A stretch of 64,000 nucleotides of DNA. Source: the human T2T-CHM13v2.0 reference genome, Homo sapiens. The stretch lies in the NCBI RefSeq assembly GCF_009914755.1, contig NC_060941.1, one strand, 5' to 3'. Below are positions 13,335 to 26,675 of the stretch, one piece after another. Position numbers and translations under genes: made by a program. Below the pieces are notes generated by a model. It saw nothing but the letters and a program-made list of their open reading frames with translations. It searched no databases and had not been told where the DNA came from. The number at the start of each line of letters is the position of its first letter. Position 1 is the first letter of the stretch.

Positions 13335-14131
13335 TGAAATGGGAAAAGTTCCCTTATCCCCCTTTCAGGGCGTGTGACAGGGGTGTGGCTCACTCCTTCA
13401 GTAACCTGCTGCTCAAACCCGGAGGGGGAACATGCAGACAGGCAGGTGTAGAGATCATGGGGAGCATTTTTGGGCTCTGACCCAAAATCTGACCCAGCAT
13501 CTAGAGGTGAGTGTTTGCAGCTCCTGAAACCCAAGTGGGCATATGTTCTTTCTACTTTGCTGTCTGCAGGCGGCTTGTGTTAATCAGCTCAGTTAGACCT
13601 TCTGCCTTATCCCAAGGACAAAGGGCTTTCTGTATCCCACGTTCTTGCCCTAGTATACCAGAAAAATTGGATCACATGTGGGCTTGGAGGATGAGTGCAA
13701 GATTTTATTGGGTGGTGGAGGTAGCTGTCAGTGAGATGGATGGGGAGCCAGAAGGGGGATGGAATGGGAAGGTGGTCGTCTCCCGGAGTCAGGCCGCCCA
13801 CCTAGCTGGACTCTCCTCTGACCTTCCCTGCTGAATTCCCCTCAGCGTCTGTGTTGTTCTGCCATTGATGTCCTGCCAGTGTCTGCTGGTGTCTGTCGGT
13901 TTGTTTTTCTGCTTCTCTTGACATCCAGCTGCTTGTGTCTGTGCCCGCTAGGATCTTGAGTTTTTATGGGCACAGGATAGGTGGGCATCGCAGGCCAAAA
14001 GGCAACTTTTGGGGTGTGAAAACATAAATGCCTGTCCTCATTTAGGTCCATGGACACAGGCCTGAGGGTAGAGCCCTCACCAAGGACCCTGCCCTTCTCT
14101 ACTCAGCAATTCCCTGCCCCCACCCATGTCA
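13335..14131 (-). mobile_element. Solo ERV1-class LTR (LTR1/LTR27/MER52 group, most like LTR1)
   Basis: TG...CA termini, perfect 4-bp TSD TCTC (13331-13334 / 14132-14135). On the - strand: TATA-like CATAAAAA (~13961-13968) and AATAAA (~13704-13709). Confidence 0.88.
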
Positions 14132-15164
14132 TCTCTATTATTTACTTTAATGTCTGAGAGGGCAAGTCTTCCCACAGTGCACTCCTTTTCCAAGACTTTT
14201 TTAGTCTTTTAATCAGTTTATTGTTTCAGATGAGGTTAAGAATTACTTTTTGAAGTTCTTTTTAAAAATTAGGATATAATTAGGACTACATTGTATCTGC
14301 CTATGTATTTGTATAAAGTATACATCTTTGCACTATTTTAGTCTTCGTAACCAAATGTATTTCTTAGACTAAGACCATTTACTAACACTTGATGGCAGGA
14401 GGGTGGCTAACATTAGACAATGTTAAATGTAGAAATCAATGTGAAGAGGAATCCATTTCAGAAGTACTATAATGTAGGGGAGTAAAGGCATAAAAATTTT
14501 ATAAAATGCTACTTTTTTCCTGATCTTGTCTTATATTTCATGGTAAAGTATATTTCAAAAATTTAGATCTGTATCTGTTTTTGAATGTTCATTTCTAGGT
14601 ATTCTTATCTCTTAGATTTTTTAGTTTCTTTAAAATAGTTCCATTTCTCACCCATTTTCTTTTTATTTCTATAATACCTGTAGTCAGGGAGCTTTTTTTT
14701 TTTCATACAAATATGTTGTCATATCTTCTCTTAGTTCTTTTAGGTATTGAGAGTAAAAGACAAATGCTTTTCAAAACTTGCTTTTGTTTTTCTCTAGTAG
14801 GATTGTTTTTTTCAAATAGACTTTTCATCACCTCTCAGTATTGTTTTCCATTTTTTATGTTGGGGAGTTTTGACAGTTTCAGTTGCTGTTATTTCCCTCT
14901 GTTTATTCATCATTGAACTAAGTGAGGTACATTCAGTCGCAGTATTTGCTCATATGCAGAGTGTGTGGTATTTACTGGAATCTGTAGTATCTACAGACTT
15001 GATGTTACAGGCCTCCTCTCTGCTCTTGTGATTGCCAATAATTGACAGGCGTATATCTCCTACCTAATGTTTATGGAGAGTTCATCTGCTCTGAGGTTAC
15101 ATTTCCTGGTCCTACTTAAGATATTTTGTGAAAATTTGTAATTTATGCCTTTATTAAAGCAATT

Positions 15165-16560
15165 TATTCATGTGTTCAACTTGTGTTCACCTGTTATGTC
15201 TTCAACTGAGCATCTGTCACTCAGCACTGAGGATACAATGGTAGGCAAAAAAAACCTGCCACGATCTTTGCTCTCAGTGGACCTATTGCCTAGTGAGGGA
15301 TGAGAATGTAGATAATAATTAAATAATTATAAACCTTATTTAAAAATTATAAAATTGCTTTAGTGGGAGCTGCAAACTGAGTGATACCTGGTACTATTTG
15401 AATTTGTAAAAGGGATGGAAGTGATGTTCCGGCTGAAATCCTAAAGATGAGTAGGAGTTTTCTAGGCAATAAGACAAGGAAGAGGGTTCTGGGCAGAGTG
15501 AATAAGATGTGCGCAAGCCCAATGACAAGAGGAAGCGTGGTTTAGAAAAACTGAGAGCCCTGTGATGAGACAGAGACAGAAAGGAGAGTGTTGAGTGAGA
15601 TGAGGGTGTAGCTCAGACCATGAATAGTCTTATAGACTATGTTAAGATTTTCTTTTATTTTAGTTTTGGAGCATTAGGAAACCATTGTCATGCTTTAGAG
15701 AGAGACCTGATCAGATTTGTTGTTTGAACCAGACTGGATATAGAGAGAATGTCCAAAAGGCCTTTTGCCATGCTCTAGACAAAAGGTGATGATGCTTTAC
15801 ACTAGGGTGATGGTTGGGGGGATAAATTTAAAAGATATTTAAGAGATAAAATAAATGATATTTAGAGGTTGATTAGCAGTGGTGGAAAGAGAGAAAGAAG
15901 TTTTTGAGGATGACTCCTAGGGTGTAGCTTACAAAATTAGGTGGATAGTGATATCACTGACTACCCAAAGCGGACCTAGGTTTGGTGGAAGGATCATAAG
16001 TTCAGTTTTGGACATGTTGACTTTGAGGTGCCCTCAGTGTAGCCAAGAGGAGACATCAAGTGGATAGATGGATATGTAGGTCTAGAGGTCAGAGTAGAGG
16101 AGCATGTTGCAGATAGAAACTTAAGAATCATCTGCATAGAGATGGTAATTATAGCCATGGACACCAATGAGATTAAATGACCTAGGATTAGCCTTGAAGA
16201 GCTACATAATTGAACAGCATATGGAAGAAGATGATGTTGCAGAGGACATAAAGAAGAAAACCAAGGTATCACAGAAACGGAGGGCATATTTCAAGGAGGA
16301 AGGAAGATTAATAGAATGCTGTCATAAGGTGATGTGAACTGAAGACTGGAAGAGTCCATTGGATATAGTGATGAAGAGACCAGTGATGACCTTAGGAAAA
16401 GCTGCTTTGTTGGTCTGTTGGATGGGGAAGCCATAGGCCCACAGTGAGACAGAATTCCAGCAGATGTCATGCAAATGGGATAAAAATGAATGGTAGTTCC
16501 AGGAGTTATGCAGCACAGTAGCCATGAGAAATCAAATTGGAGAGAGAAATAAGTGATGAA
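15165..16560 (-). mobile_element. L2 (L2a-like) long 3' fragment
   Basis: cagcactgaggatacaatggt...; agttcagttttggacatgttgactttgaggtgcc; gtccattggatatagtgatgaagagaccagtgatgacctta. Confidence 0.8.
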
Positions 16561-17324
16561 ACATAGACAGTGAGTACAGATAATTTTACACAAAAATGAG
16601 TGAAAACTATATCCTCTGGAATATAGTGTCCCAAGATTTGTGGAAGTTTGGCTTCTCTAATCAGTGGCTTTATATCCTAAAGCTTAGATCCCTAGAAATA
16701 CAGGAATTATGATGTGGAGAACCTGCATCTTTGTAACACTTAGTGTTCCCATACAGGCATTGGTTATGTTTTCCTTCTCCACTTTCTTTCCTGACATTTT
16801 CATCTCTTTGTCCTTTGCTTCTGTAACCTGGGTGAATGTGTCATGCTCATTCTGCCTGTGACTAATTGGCTTAAGTTCCTTTGGGATGGATTTTGTTCTT
16901 TAGCATTTCTAGTGATTTCAGTTCTGAAAATGTATTTTTAAGTTTATTTGTTCATAACTTCCAGTTCTCTTTTTATATCTTGTCTGCCTCAGCCAGATGT
17001 ATTTCATCTCACCCTTGATATCAGGCTTTATGATCTGAATTTTGTGAGTAGGAAGTAATGATTTTAAAAATTGTATATTTATTCCCAGGCACTTTCTAAA
17101 AACCATGGCAAGGAAAAGATAATAATAAATTGAAAAACTTAAGTCAGAAGCAAGGTTAAGGCTGAGGGATGCGTATCTTAATATCCTACGCTGTTGCTGT
17201 CATGGCTGCAACTTAGTCACTTGGGCTTCAAGCAACCTAATAATTAAAGTGACAATGAAAATATCATGAGTTCTAACAGTTGCAGTTTCCTGATGGCTGT
17301 ATACCACGATGGCTAGGGACACAG

Positions 17325-17435
17325 AGGTGAGCCCTGGCTGTCACTACTTGTAGTTGTGTGACATGGGGCAAATTACTTTTCTGTTTCGATTTCTTCATCT
17401 GTAAAATGGAGACAGTAATAATAGTATCTACCTGC
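17325..17435 (+). mobile_element. MIR
   Basis: Core: tgtgtgacatggggcaaattactt...tttcttcatctgtaaaatggagacagtaataatagtatctacct. Confidence 0.75.
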
Positions 17436-18849
17436 ATCATTTGCTCTCATTGGAGATGGGTAAGTAAGACATTATTTCTACTCGCAAAACCTAGTGGGAA
17501 ATATAAGATATATACATAAATAAATGCAGTTTAATTTAGAACATAAATAAAGTGATATAGAATATCATAGAAAAAAGATTATCTCTGGCTTATGTGGTGG
17601 AAAGTGGTAGTGAATGCTTGCAAAGGCAGTGGTGCATTTTAGCTGGAGTACACAGGGTGTGCATGATTTGAAGATGAGGAGAGGAGGATTTTAGTCGAAG
17701 AAATAACCTGAGCTCAGAGAGGGAAGCTGGGAAGCATACACATGTGCATGTGTGTGGTGTGGAGAGGCCTAGAATGTCAGATGGCAAAAAGGAAGTAGTT
17801 GGCCATACGGCTTGGGTCGTGTTGTTGAGTATCGTAATTGCCCAGCTCTAAAGAGTTGAGATTGGATTCTGTAGGCAGTAGGGAGCCATTGAAGTGGGCA
17901 AAGCCTAGAGGCATGTCGACCAGTTAGGGTGTTATTACCATCGCCCCAGCAACTACAGGAAACAGGAACTTGGAAATGATGGAGATAATGCAGAAGAGGA
18001 AATGGATTTGGGGGAAAAAAGGGCCTTCATTCTGAGAAAGTTGATTTACTTTCAGCTATAACTTTATCAGTAAACAAAGAGGCACTTGTTTGCCTGGGTG
18101 TCAGGCACCACTTTGTGATCAGGGTCCTTATGCTTATAAAACACACGAGGCTGCAAAATCTTCAATGTGCTCTGGCAATCCCCGTCAACCAACTAAATGA
18201 GTTGATACTCACCATCTGTAATCTTACCAGATCCTTGCTTATCCACTTACAGTTTATCATCATTTGTTCAGTTTAATTTTTAAAAATAGAGGAAACCAAG
18301 GGACATTTAATACAATCATATATGATTCTGGTGAGAGATTTTTTTTTCTGTACTTTTATTTGCTATTAAATGATTTTCTGTGTGGGGCTGCCTGAAGTCT
18401 TGGTTGGTGGCAGTGACTGTTGGGATGCTCTGAAGGAGAAAAATGCCCTTGTCCACCTGTAAGAAGTCCTGGCAGTTGGCGATTGGTGCCAAGATCTCTG
18501 AGACTTGGCCTGTTCATTGCCACAGAATACTTGCACCATCTCTTAGTCATGTTAAACACGAGGTGACTGGCCAGCCCATTGGCCAAAGTACTGTTGCTTC
18601 AATAAACCACATTAAATTAATCTTTTATAATTATGCATTAGCCAGAAACTAACTAAATCCTACCTGTACCCAAAGAAACCAAGATAATGTTTCTCCAGTG
18701 CTTGCCTTTGGAGGAGCTGCTTCTACATGGCATCCGCCCACTTCAGAAATGGTTTGAGAACAGAATCCAAGCCAGGTCAGCACTGGAAAGAGAATAGCAC
18801 CAAAGCGGATGTGTCAGTTGGATGTGGACAGGGAGCTAGGAGTGACAAT

Positions 18850-19080
18850 GATAGTATAATGCCTTACATTTTTAGAGCACTTTACAGTTTACAGTGCTAT
18901 TTCATGTACCCTGTCTTTGATCTTCCCACAGTTCTCTGAGGTATATGGAACAGGTTTCACCACATGAGTAAAGAGTAGGAAACTGAGGCCCAGCGTTAAA
19001 ATGCCTTACCTCAGTACCAGAGCTTAAACTACAAATTCCAATTTCTTCTATCATTAAACCTGCTGCTTTTTCTACCAGCT
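18850..19080 (-). mobile_element. MIR (MIRb/c-like)
   Basis: ttacatttttagagcactttacagtttacagtgc...ggaaactgaggcccag. Confidence 0.7.
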
Positions 19081-22000
19081 CATGCAGTAAACTCTTGATT
19101 TGGGGAAGTTATTGCTTCAGAATTTTAAGTTGCGTATTCACAATCTATCATAGTGAATCTGAAGTCCAAAATGCTAAATCTCTTCTCAGCAGCATTAATA
19201 ACTCAGTAATTTTCTCAAGATCATTTGAATAGAATGGACTCACAGGCAATATTATTGATGTGTGAGCTATGAACATTAAGACTTCTTTAAGAATTCAGAA
19301 TTTTTTTCCAGCGTAGATAAAGTAGCCTAGAGCATGATGGAAACACATGAAACTAGTTTGTCTGATTAAAAGAAAAAGTTATACAAATCATAAAATTAGG
19401 AAGGCAGTTTGTAATGAAAGCCATTAAATAGAGAATGTAAATGTTATTTCTGTAGTCTCTTTAATGTTATGTTTTAAGGTAAATAATGTATCCCAAAGAA
19501 ACTGTGAAATCGATTAATAAATTCACTCTCCTGCAGTGTTAGGCAATGTGAGACGGAGTTAACCAGGGCTTTCTGTGGATGGAGAAGCAGTCTCGTGCTC
19601 ACAAGAGGTGTGGAAGGGCTACCAATATGAGAACAACAGGTGCATGCAATTTATGTTCAAGAGTAGTTTAAGTATCTTTAATCAGTCCGTTTTAAGTCAA
19701 ACCATATGATGTTGAGACATAGACATTTTTCCTTTCAGTATCAAGTATTTTTTTTTCCTCAGTGCTCCATATTAGTAGTACCCAGCTGTGAAACTAGGCT
19801 TGCCTTTTGTTACTTAAAAGCAGATAAAATGTTTACAACAGTTACAGTTGATTGCATGGTGGTTAGTTTCACATTTCTCACTCCTGTCAAGGTGACTGTG
19901 GGTCTCTAAAGAATAAATCAGGTTGCCTGACTCTTGTTTTCTGCTCGGTTCAGCTATAAATAGGTTAGTTGTTGCATCAAATATTGCAGGGTGACCACTC
20001 TGTTAGACTTGACAACTCTTTTTTAATGATAGAAAGAATTGCTTCATCTCTAACTTGGCACAAAATTTGTGACTTGTAAGCCAAATAGAGAGATTTTTAC
20101 TTAGAGTTTATTACACTTTATTGCCATTTTATCAAAGATAGGGAAGTAGAATAGTTTTAGGGAAGCAGAGCCATATCCTAAGCATATTACACAGTAAGTT
20201 TTTTCCTAATTTCCATTCGCATAAAGTTAAGGGGTGAAAAAATCAAATTCTCTAGGACAACTCAGAGTAGGTTATTTTTTCTTACTCTGTTCAGAATATT
20301 AGAGTTTGGGAATGCTGTTCCAGTCCCACTGTGCTTTTTTGGTAAATGTTTGTTCTCACAGTTCATGTTGCACATGTAATTTGTTAATGGGCTTCTTGAT
20401 AATTAAGATGGTATATTCATTTCATAACAGTTGATTGTTAGGATTACATAAGAAAGGAAAAAAGTGACTTGCCATGTTCTTGCCCTCGATGGTCCGGTGC
20501 AGATACCTCTGTGGAGTGTTTTGGGGTGAAGTTCAGCTAACCGTGCTTTCCTCTTTCATTTCTTTATCTATCATAATGTGACATCTTCCTTCCCCTATAA
20601 GATGGACTTGTGGGGACTGAGTGTTTTAATGTTATGAGAATGTTCACATGTTGGATCTTACTTGTTTAATGTTAAGTCACAACCAGGTTATGAGCTATAC
20701 TTGAGACAAATGTGCTCCAATTTTAGAAATCTTCCCTTTTGTGTAAAATGTATTTCAATCTCGTTATTTTTTCTATTGCTTTACTAGTTTTCACTTTGGA
20801 GTGAAATCCAATAAAAAATGGTCAGTAAAATCAAGTCACAAATTGATTTATGAGATGCTGGTTGGGTTCCTCCCCTAAAATGTGAACAGTGAAATGTGAA
20901 CTTCATCTTTAAATGTATTTACACAGGTTGTCACTGACGAATGCACATTGGTAAAATAACGACAGGAAAGTTTTTATCCTGCCACATCTAGTTGAAACGT
21001 TTCATGGAGGCTGTAGTTTTCAATATGCACTGAAAATAGAAGGCTCTACTGCTACAGCTGATAGGAAGCGACAGCATGCCTGTTTTGCACAACATTGCCA
21101 GCTTATTGATAAAAATGTAAGAAAATTCTACAACTCTCTAAAATGGAATTTTAGGTTGTTATTCGTAATGTTTACAGTGTCAAATTCGTTCTTTGTTGAA
21201 TTAGCCTTGTATTAAGGGTATTGCCATTAACAGGGAAACAATTTGGCTATTGAAAAATAAATTTTTACTTTAATACTGAAAAGCACATTGTAAAAATTTA
21301 AAACATATTCAGAGCCAGACGATGAAATGCAGCTCTTTTGGGAGGCAAATACATTTGAGAGAGGATTACAAAGGGAAATGCCTATGAGTTTAAAGAACTA
21401 AACCAGGACTCCTACCAGTGTTAGTAGTTGAGGCATGTGTGTATTCATCTTTATTGTATGTTCTCAGAGAGGACTTCACGGCTAATGTTCTGGGTAGTAG
21501 ATGGCATCCAATTCACTTTCGGTTTTTAAAATACATGTCAATACTTAAGTAGGGTAGACAGCAGCACTAATCATATTAAGCACAGTGTCTGAACTCACAG
21601 TGAATGCATAATTAATGTATTGTTTTAGAGGACCTAATATATTAGTCAAGGGCAAGAGCTTCATGCATAACTTGTTCTGTGGGTGAGGAGGAGAACTATT
21701 CCACGGTGCTGTTTGTACCACCGCAGCTAACTCTGCTCACTAAATCTATTTTGTTACACCTCTATTAGGAGCCAAAGCCATCAGACAACCTCCATTAAAG
21801 TGTTTGCCACGGAGAACTCTCTCTGGGATAGTAAATGCTAATTCAGTGTCAATTAGAAAAATGCTTCTAACAAAACACTACGATTAATAAGGGGTACTTG
21901 TGTTGATTCATTGCTGGGTTTTTTTTTCTTTTTCTAATTCCTTATAAGGATGCATCTTTCATTACTTTCTATTTATTATTTTAAATATGTTTAGCTTGAA

Positions 22001-23736
22001 GGCACTTTGCCATTTCATCTTTATTTTAAAATGTATCCAAATGTTTACTTCTCCATCAATATCCATTTAAACTTAGGCCATTAGGGTCTCACTAATTTAA
22101 ATTCCTTTAGCCAATCCATTGAATAAAAGGTTCCGTATAAACTCTTGAATTACTGCATTCAAACACACTTTTTAAAGTTTCTGATTTCTATAATCCTCTT
22201 CTTAGTTTTGAAGATGTATAACGTATATTTTAAAAATAAATTCAGTTTTAATAAACATCCTGTGACCACAGCTAATTAACAACTGAAAACTAAAACTCTT
22301 TTCTCTTTGCAGTGTTCTGACTTTATATAGTAGATGTGTTCAAATTTTAGTATGGTATTCTGTAGTTTTATGCATATACATTTTTTAAGCTGCCTAATTG
22401 AACTGTGTGTGTTTTATGGTGACAGTGGTCACAGTTTTGTTCCTCTTATTATTTTGATAAAATTCATCTTTTGTTCAGCTCCTTGATATTAGGGTGTTGG
22501 TGGCAGGGGATGTCTGCTGGGTGGGAGGATGCAATGGAGTATAGCATGAGGGGGAGAATTTGCTAAATGTCCCTTTGATAACTTGGTGTTTTATTTAACT
22601 CTTTCAAGCTCCTGAATTATTAATATCTCTCTTTTTTTGCTTTATATAATGTTTTATTAGTATTTAAAATTTATGGGGAAATATTTACTTTAAATATTAA
22701 TCAGTATGAGCATTACTGAAATATGCTAAATCTTATTGATTTGGTCTCTGATTTGTTTTTAACTTTAGAAAAAAATAGATAGTTAGTGACTCGAATTCAT
22801 GTTTCCTTGAGTAATAAATAGAATCACGAATTTGGTGCAAATGACTGTCCTAAATCTTCATATTTTAATCTTTGAACTATAAACTTGAAATAAAATAGTT
22901 TAATTTGACCAAAACTGTGTTATAACTTTTGAATTAGCTCTGGATTATTAAAAGAGAGTTAATTTTAAGGAAAGGTATAAAGAAACTTGTTTTAACTATT
23001 TGCTGTCTTCACTAAACCAACCTTTCTACTGTAGATGTATATTTTTAAAAAATTGATGTTTTGAATAGATTATTGTTAGAAGAATACTTTTCCTCTGTCT
23101 GTTTTCCTGGTGTGCTACCAGTAAATAAAGTTATAACATTGAGACATTCTGATAGAGTTCGAGACAGCTCAACTATAAGCTTATTTCAGCTGTTTATTAT
23201 TTTTACTCCATTACCTCAGTTTTTTCATATATTTACATACTGAGTGCAGGGAAGGAGAGATAAAGTATATTCTGATGTAAAATCTTCTTAATGATTATAA
23301 ATAAAAATAAGCCAGTCAGTTTAAATATTTTGTACCTATAGGAATTTTTTAAATCACATACAAAAATTCAAGTGCAGTTAATGCATTCTATTTATAATAT
23401 TCATGTAGATCAAAGCAAAGAATCAATATTGCACTAGTGATTTCTATTAAATAAAAATTATATACGTGTGTGAATGTGCTGCATTGAGAATGTATGCATT
23501 GGCCTTGTGTTTAAAATATTAATATTGTTACTCTGTCTTTTTGTATTTAAAAATTAAAAGTAATATTCTTTGCCTACTTAGATGTCCTTTTATTAATTAC
23601 ATGCTACTGAGAAGCTATTATTTTGCCCTCAAGTACCAAAATAGTACTTGGCCACATCAAAGTTAGCACCACCTTTAGAAGTGTTTTTAATTTTTTTCAA
23701 AAGTTGCATTTTTAATAGTAATTTGAATCTTTAAGA

Positions 23737-23740
23737 GTGT

Positions 23741-23781
<41 letters not shown>
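23737..23781. repeat. (GT)n microsatellite, ~22 units with one interruption
   Basis: Direct read. Confidence 0.95.
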
Positions 23782-23782
<1 letters not shown>

Positions 23783-24612
23783 TTTTTAAATTACAGCATT
23801 GAACTTAGAAGGCCTGCCTAGCCAGTACCTCAAATTTGTTGCAGATGCTGCATATAAATCTGATTTATCTTTTTTTTTAAGTCTAGACGTTTTATGTTTA
23901 ATTTTACTCCTTTTAGTACCTCTAATACTAATAAGAAAATTTCACTGAACTGAATTCTTAGTAAAAGAAAAAGATGTGAAAAATGAACCTCCAAAAGCTT
24001 ATACATGAAAGGATTATATAATTATTTCATTTGTATCTACTTTATTATTTCATATTAATCTATTTTAATGATGCAATTTTGAGCATTTGCATTTTCAGCA
24101 GCAGTTTTTTTTTAGTTTGTCGTATACTTATGAGATTAAAATGTTAGCTGTGAACATTAGAAACAATGCTTATTTGACAAGAAGCTCTCCCTGAAGCCAT
24201 CAATAAAAAATACTAAATATCAGATATGTATTTCATTCAGTTATGACTTAATTATATTACCTGTGTTCTTTTTATTCTATTTTATATTTCCAGACAGAAA
24301 GTAACTATTCTCAAATATTCATTTAGTCATAATAAACAATTAACATTTAGTAGCTTAGGGTGCAAATTATCCAGAATTCTCCTGATAGGGTGTGCATATA
24401 GTAGGGATTCCATAGGTTTTTTACACACATGAATCCTCATAAAAATGCTTTCACCAAAAATATTTAGATAATTAAATAAAAAGGACACTGGAAGAAGGGA
24501 GCAGGGTGCTTAAGAAGGAGAACTTAAGTACATTATGGATGGATTTATGATTGTACAGCTGGACTGAGTTACAGCAGGACTATAGAACCTAAACAAAGGC
24601 GGTCAACTTTAA

Positions 24613-24961
<349 letters not shown>

Positions 24962-26443
24962 TATTTTTTTTTTTTTTTTTAAACACTGGTTTTGCATTAG
25001 TAAAAAAAAATCTTCCTTTTTAGATTTCAGGTACTGCTAGATATATTGTGTTTAAATTTTAGTTCACAGAAATGAAATTTATTCTCTTTACTGAAATAAC
25101 ACTTTATATTTCAAAATATATAAATATGTAAATGTATATAAATAATGTAATATAATAAATGTGTATAAATAATGTAACCTTTCCTCAGCTCATGAGTCCC
25201 TTGCCACTAAGAACTATTTACTCAAGTTCTCAGTTTGTCCTCCCTAAACTCCCTTGTTTGATTTCTAGTTAGACACATTCTGTCTGAATCAGTTAAAACT
25301 TCCCGTAGTATTTATGTCTTTTGTAATCTTTACCAGGATCTGATTCTTCTGTAGCAGAGCTATTTTTATTTAGGCTTATATGGATAAATCAACTCTTTCA
25401 GCCTTCTGTATTTTTCTTTGCTTTGACTGTTTCATTAAGGCCCCTTGAGAAAACTCCCCATAATTATTTTTTTCATTGTGCTGTAAGCATTGTAAACCAT
25501 GTGTTCCTTTAGCAAAAGACGTGAAGATGCAGGCTGTTTGTGCCTAACAAAAACAGACCTCTTTACCTTGAAAAACCAACTTTAGCAGAGCTATGCTAGA
25601 AAAGGATAGGAGGACTCTCTGGGTACAGTAGGGTTATATAGGGTTGGTGGTTTTGTTTTTACCTATTGAGGAATCAGATTGCAAGCCCATTTCTTTTCTT
25701 CAGCCTGTGCATCAGCCTGTCTAGGAAACTCTACGGTCACAATACTAAGAAATCCACATAAATTAGTTCATGAGGCTTCTTAATCCCAGGTGGATATACC
25801 TATGAGCCCTGTGTATATTCTTTCCTTTCTTCTCTTCCTGGGAGAATGTAGTGAAGGTGCTGAAGCCACCCAGTGCCAGCCTGGAGTTTCAACAAAAATT
25901 AAGAATGTAAAAATCCTTTGGACATAAGTGAGGAGTTTCTGCTCCCAATTACATTACACTGGGGAAGTAATTATCTTAGAGGTGATTGTATTCTGCCTCC
26001 CTCAGAATAATTCCTCCCTTTCTAGGAAAATATTCCTCCCATTTTTGTGCATATTTTTTACAACTAAAGGCACTGGATATGTGTTGTTCTTAGGTAATTT
26101 CACCTCTTTAAGATAAAATCTGAGTAATGTCTATCAATGATTACAAGATTTGAAGCCCATCACTGCCTCTGATGTGCAATTTCATAGGCAATTAAAAATT
26201 CCCCGGGACTTCTGATAGAGTTACTTGTAATAGGTATTACAAATAATACATATAATAATGTATTGCTTAAGGTCAAAGTTTGAAACAGGCCTAGAATCAA
26301 ATTCTAGCTCTACTTATTAGGTGTTTGGCTTATGTAATTCCATCATCTCATTTAAACTCAGCTCTTTCATATGTAAACTGAGGCCTGTACCATCTACCCT
26401 TATAGGATTTTTTTTCTAAGAGTTAAAGTAAATCTGTTAATTT

Positions 26444-26675
26444 TTAAATTTTCTTTTTTGTTACGTTCTTCACCACTGTCTTTGTTTCTTGGCTGTTTTC
26501 TTTGCCAGCCTGATTGTCTTCATCATATGCATTTCCATGGCCATCTTCCTCATTGTCGTCTTCATCTTTGTGGTTTGTTGTCTCTCCTTTGCTTTTGTTT
26601 CCTCCTGATTTTTCTGTTCCCCACCTTTTTCTTCTCCTTTGCTCTTCTTCACTAAATAGTCTCGTCATCTCCTGT
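26444..26675. repeat. Pyrimidine-rich (+) / GA-rich (-) low-complexity tract
   Basis: Degenerate tct/tca/tcg triplets; gives a charged 74-aa ORF on the - strand. Confidence 0.6.

Noticed and set aside
20537-20601. CTAAC branch point plus long AG-free tract ending in AAG (similar orphan acceptor at ~22312)
   Set aside because: Weak AAG acceptor, no good donor, no COX10-like peptide; such pseudo-sites are common.
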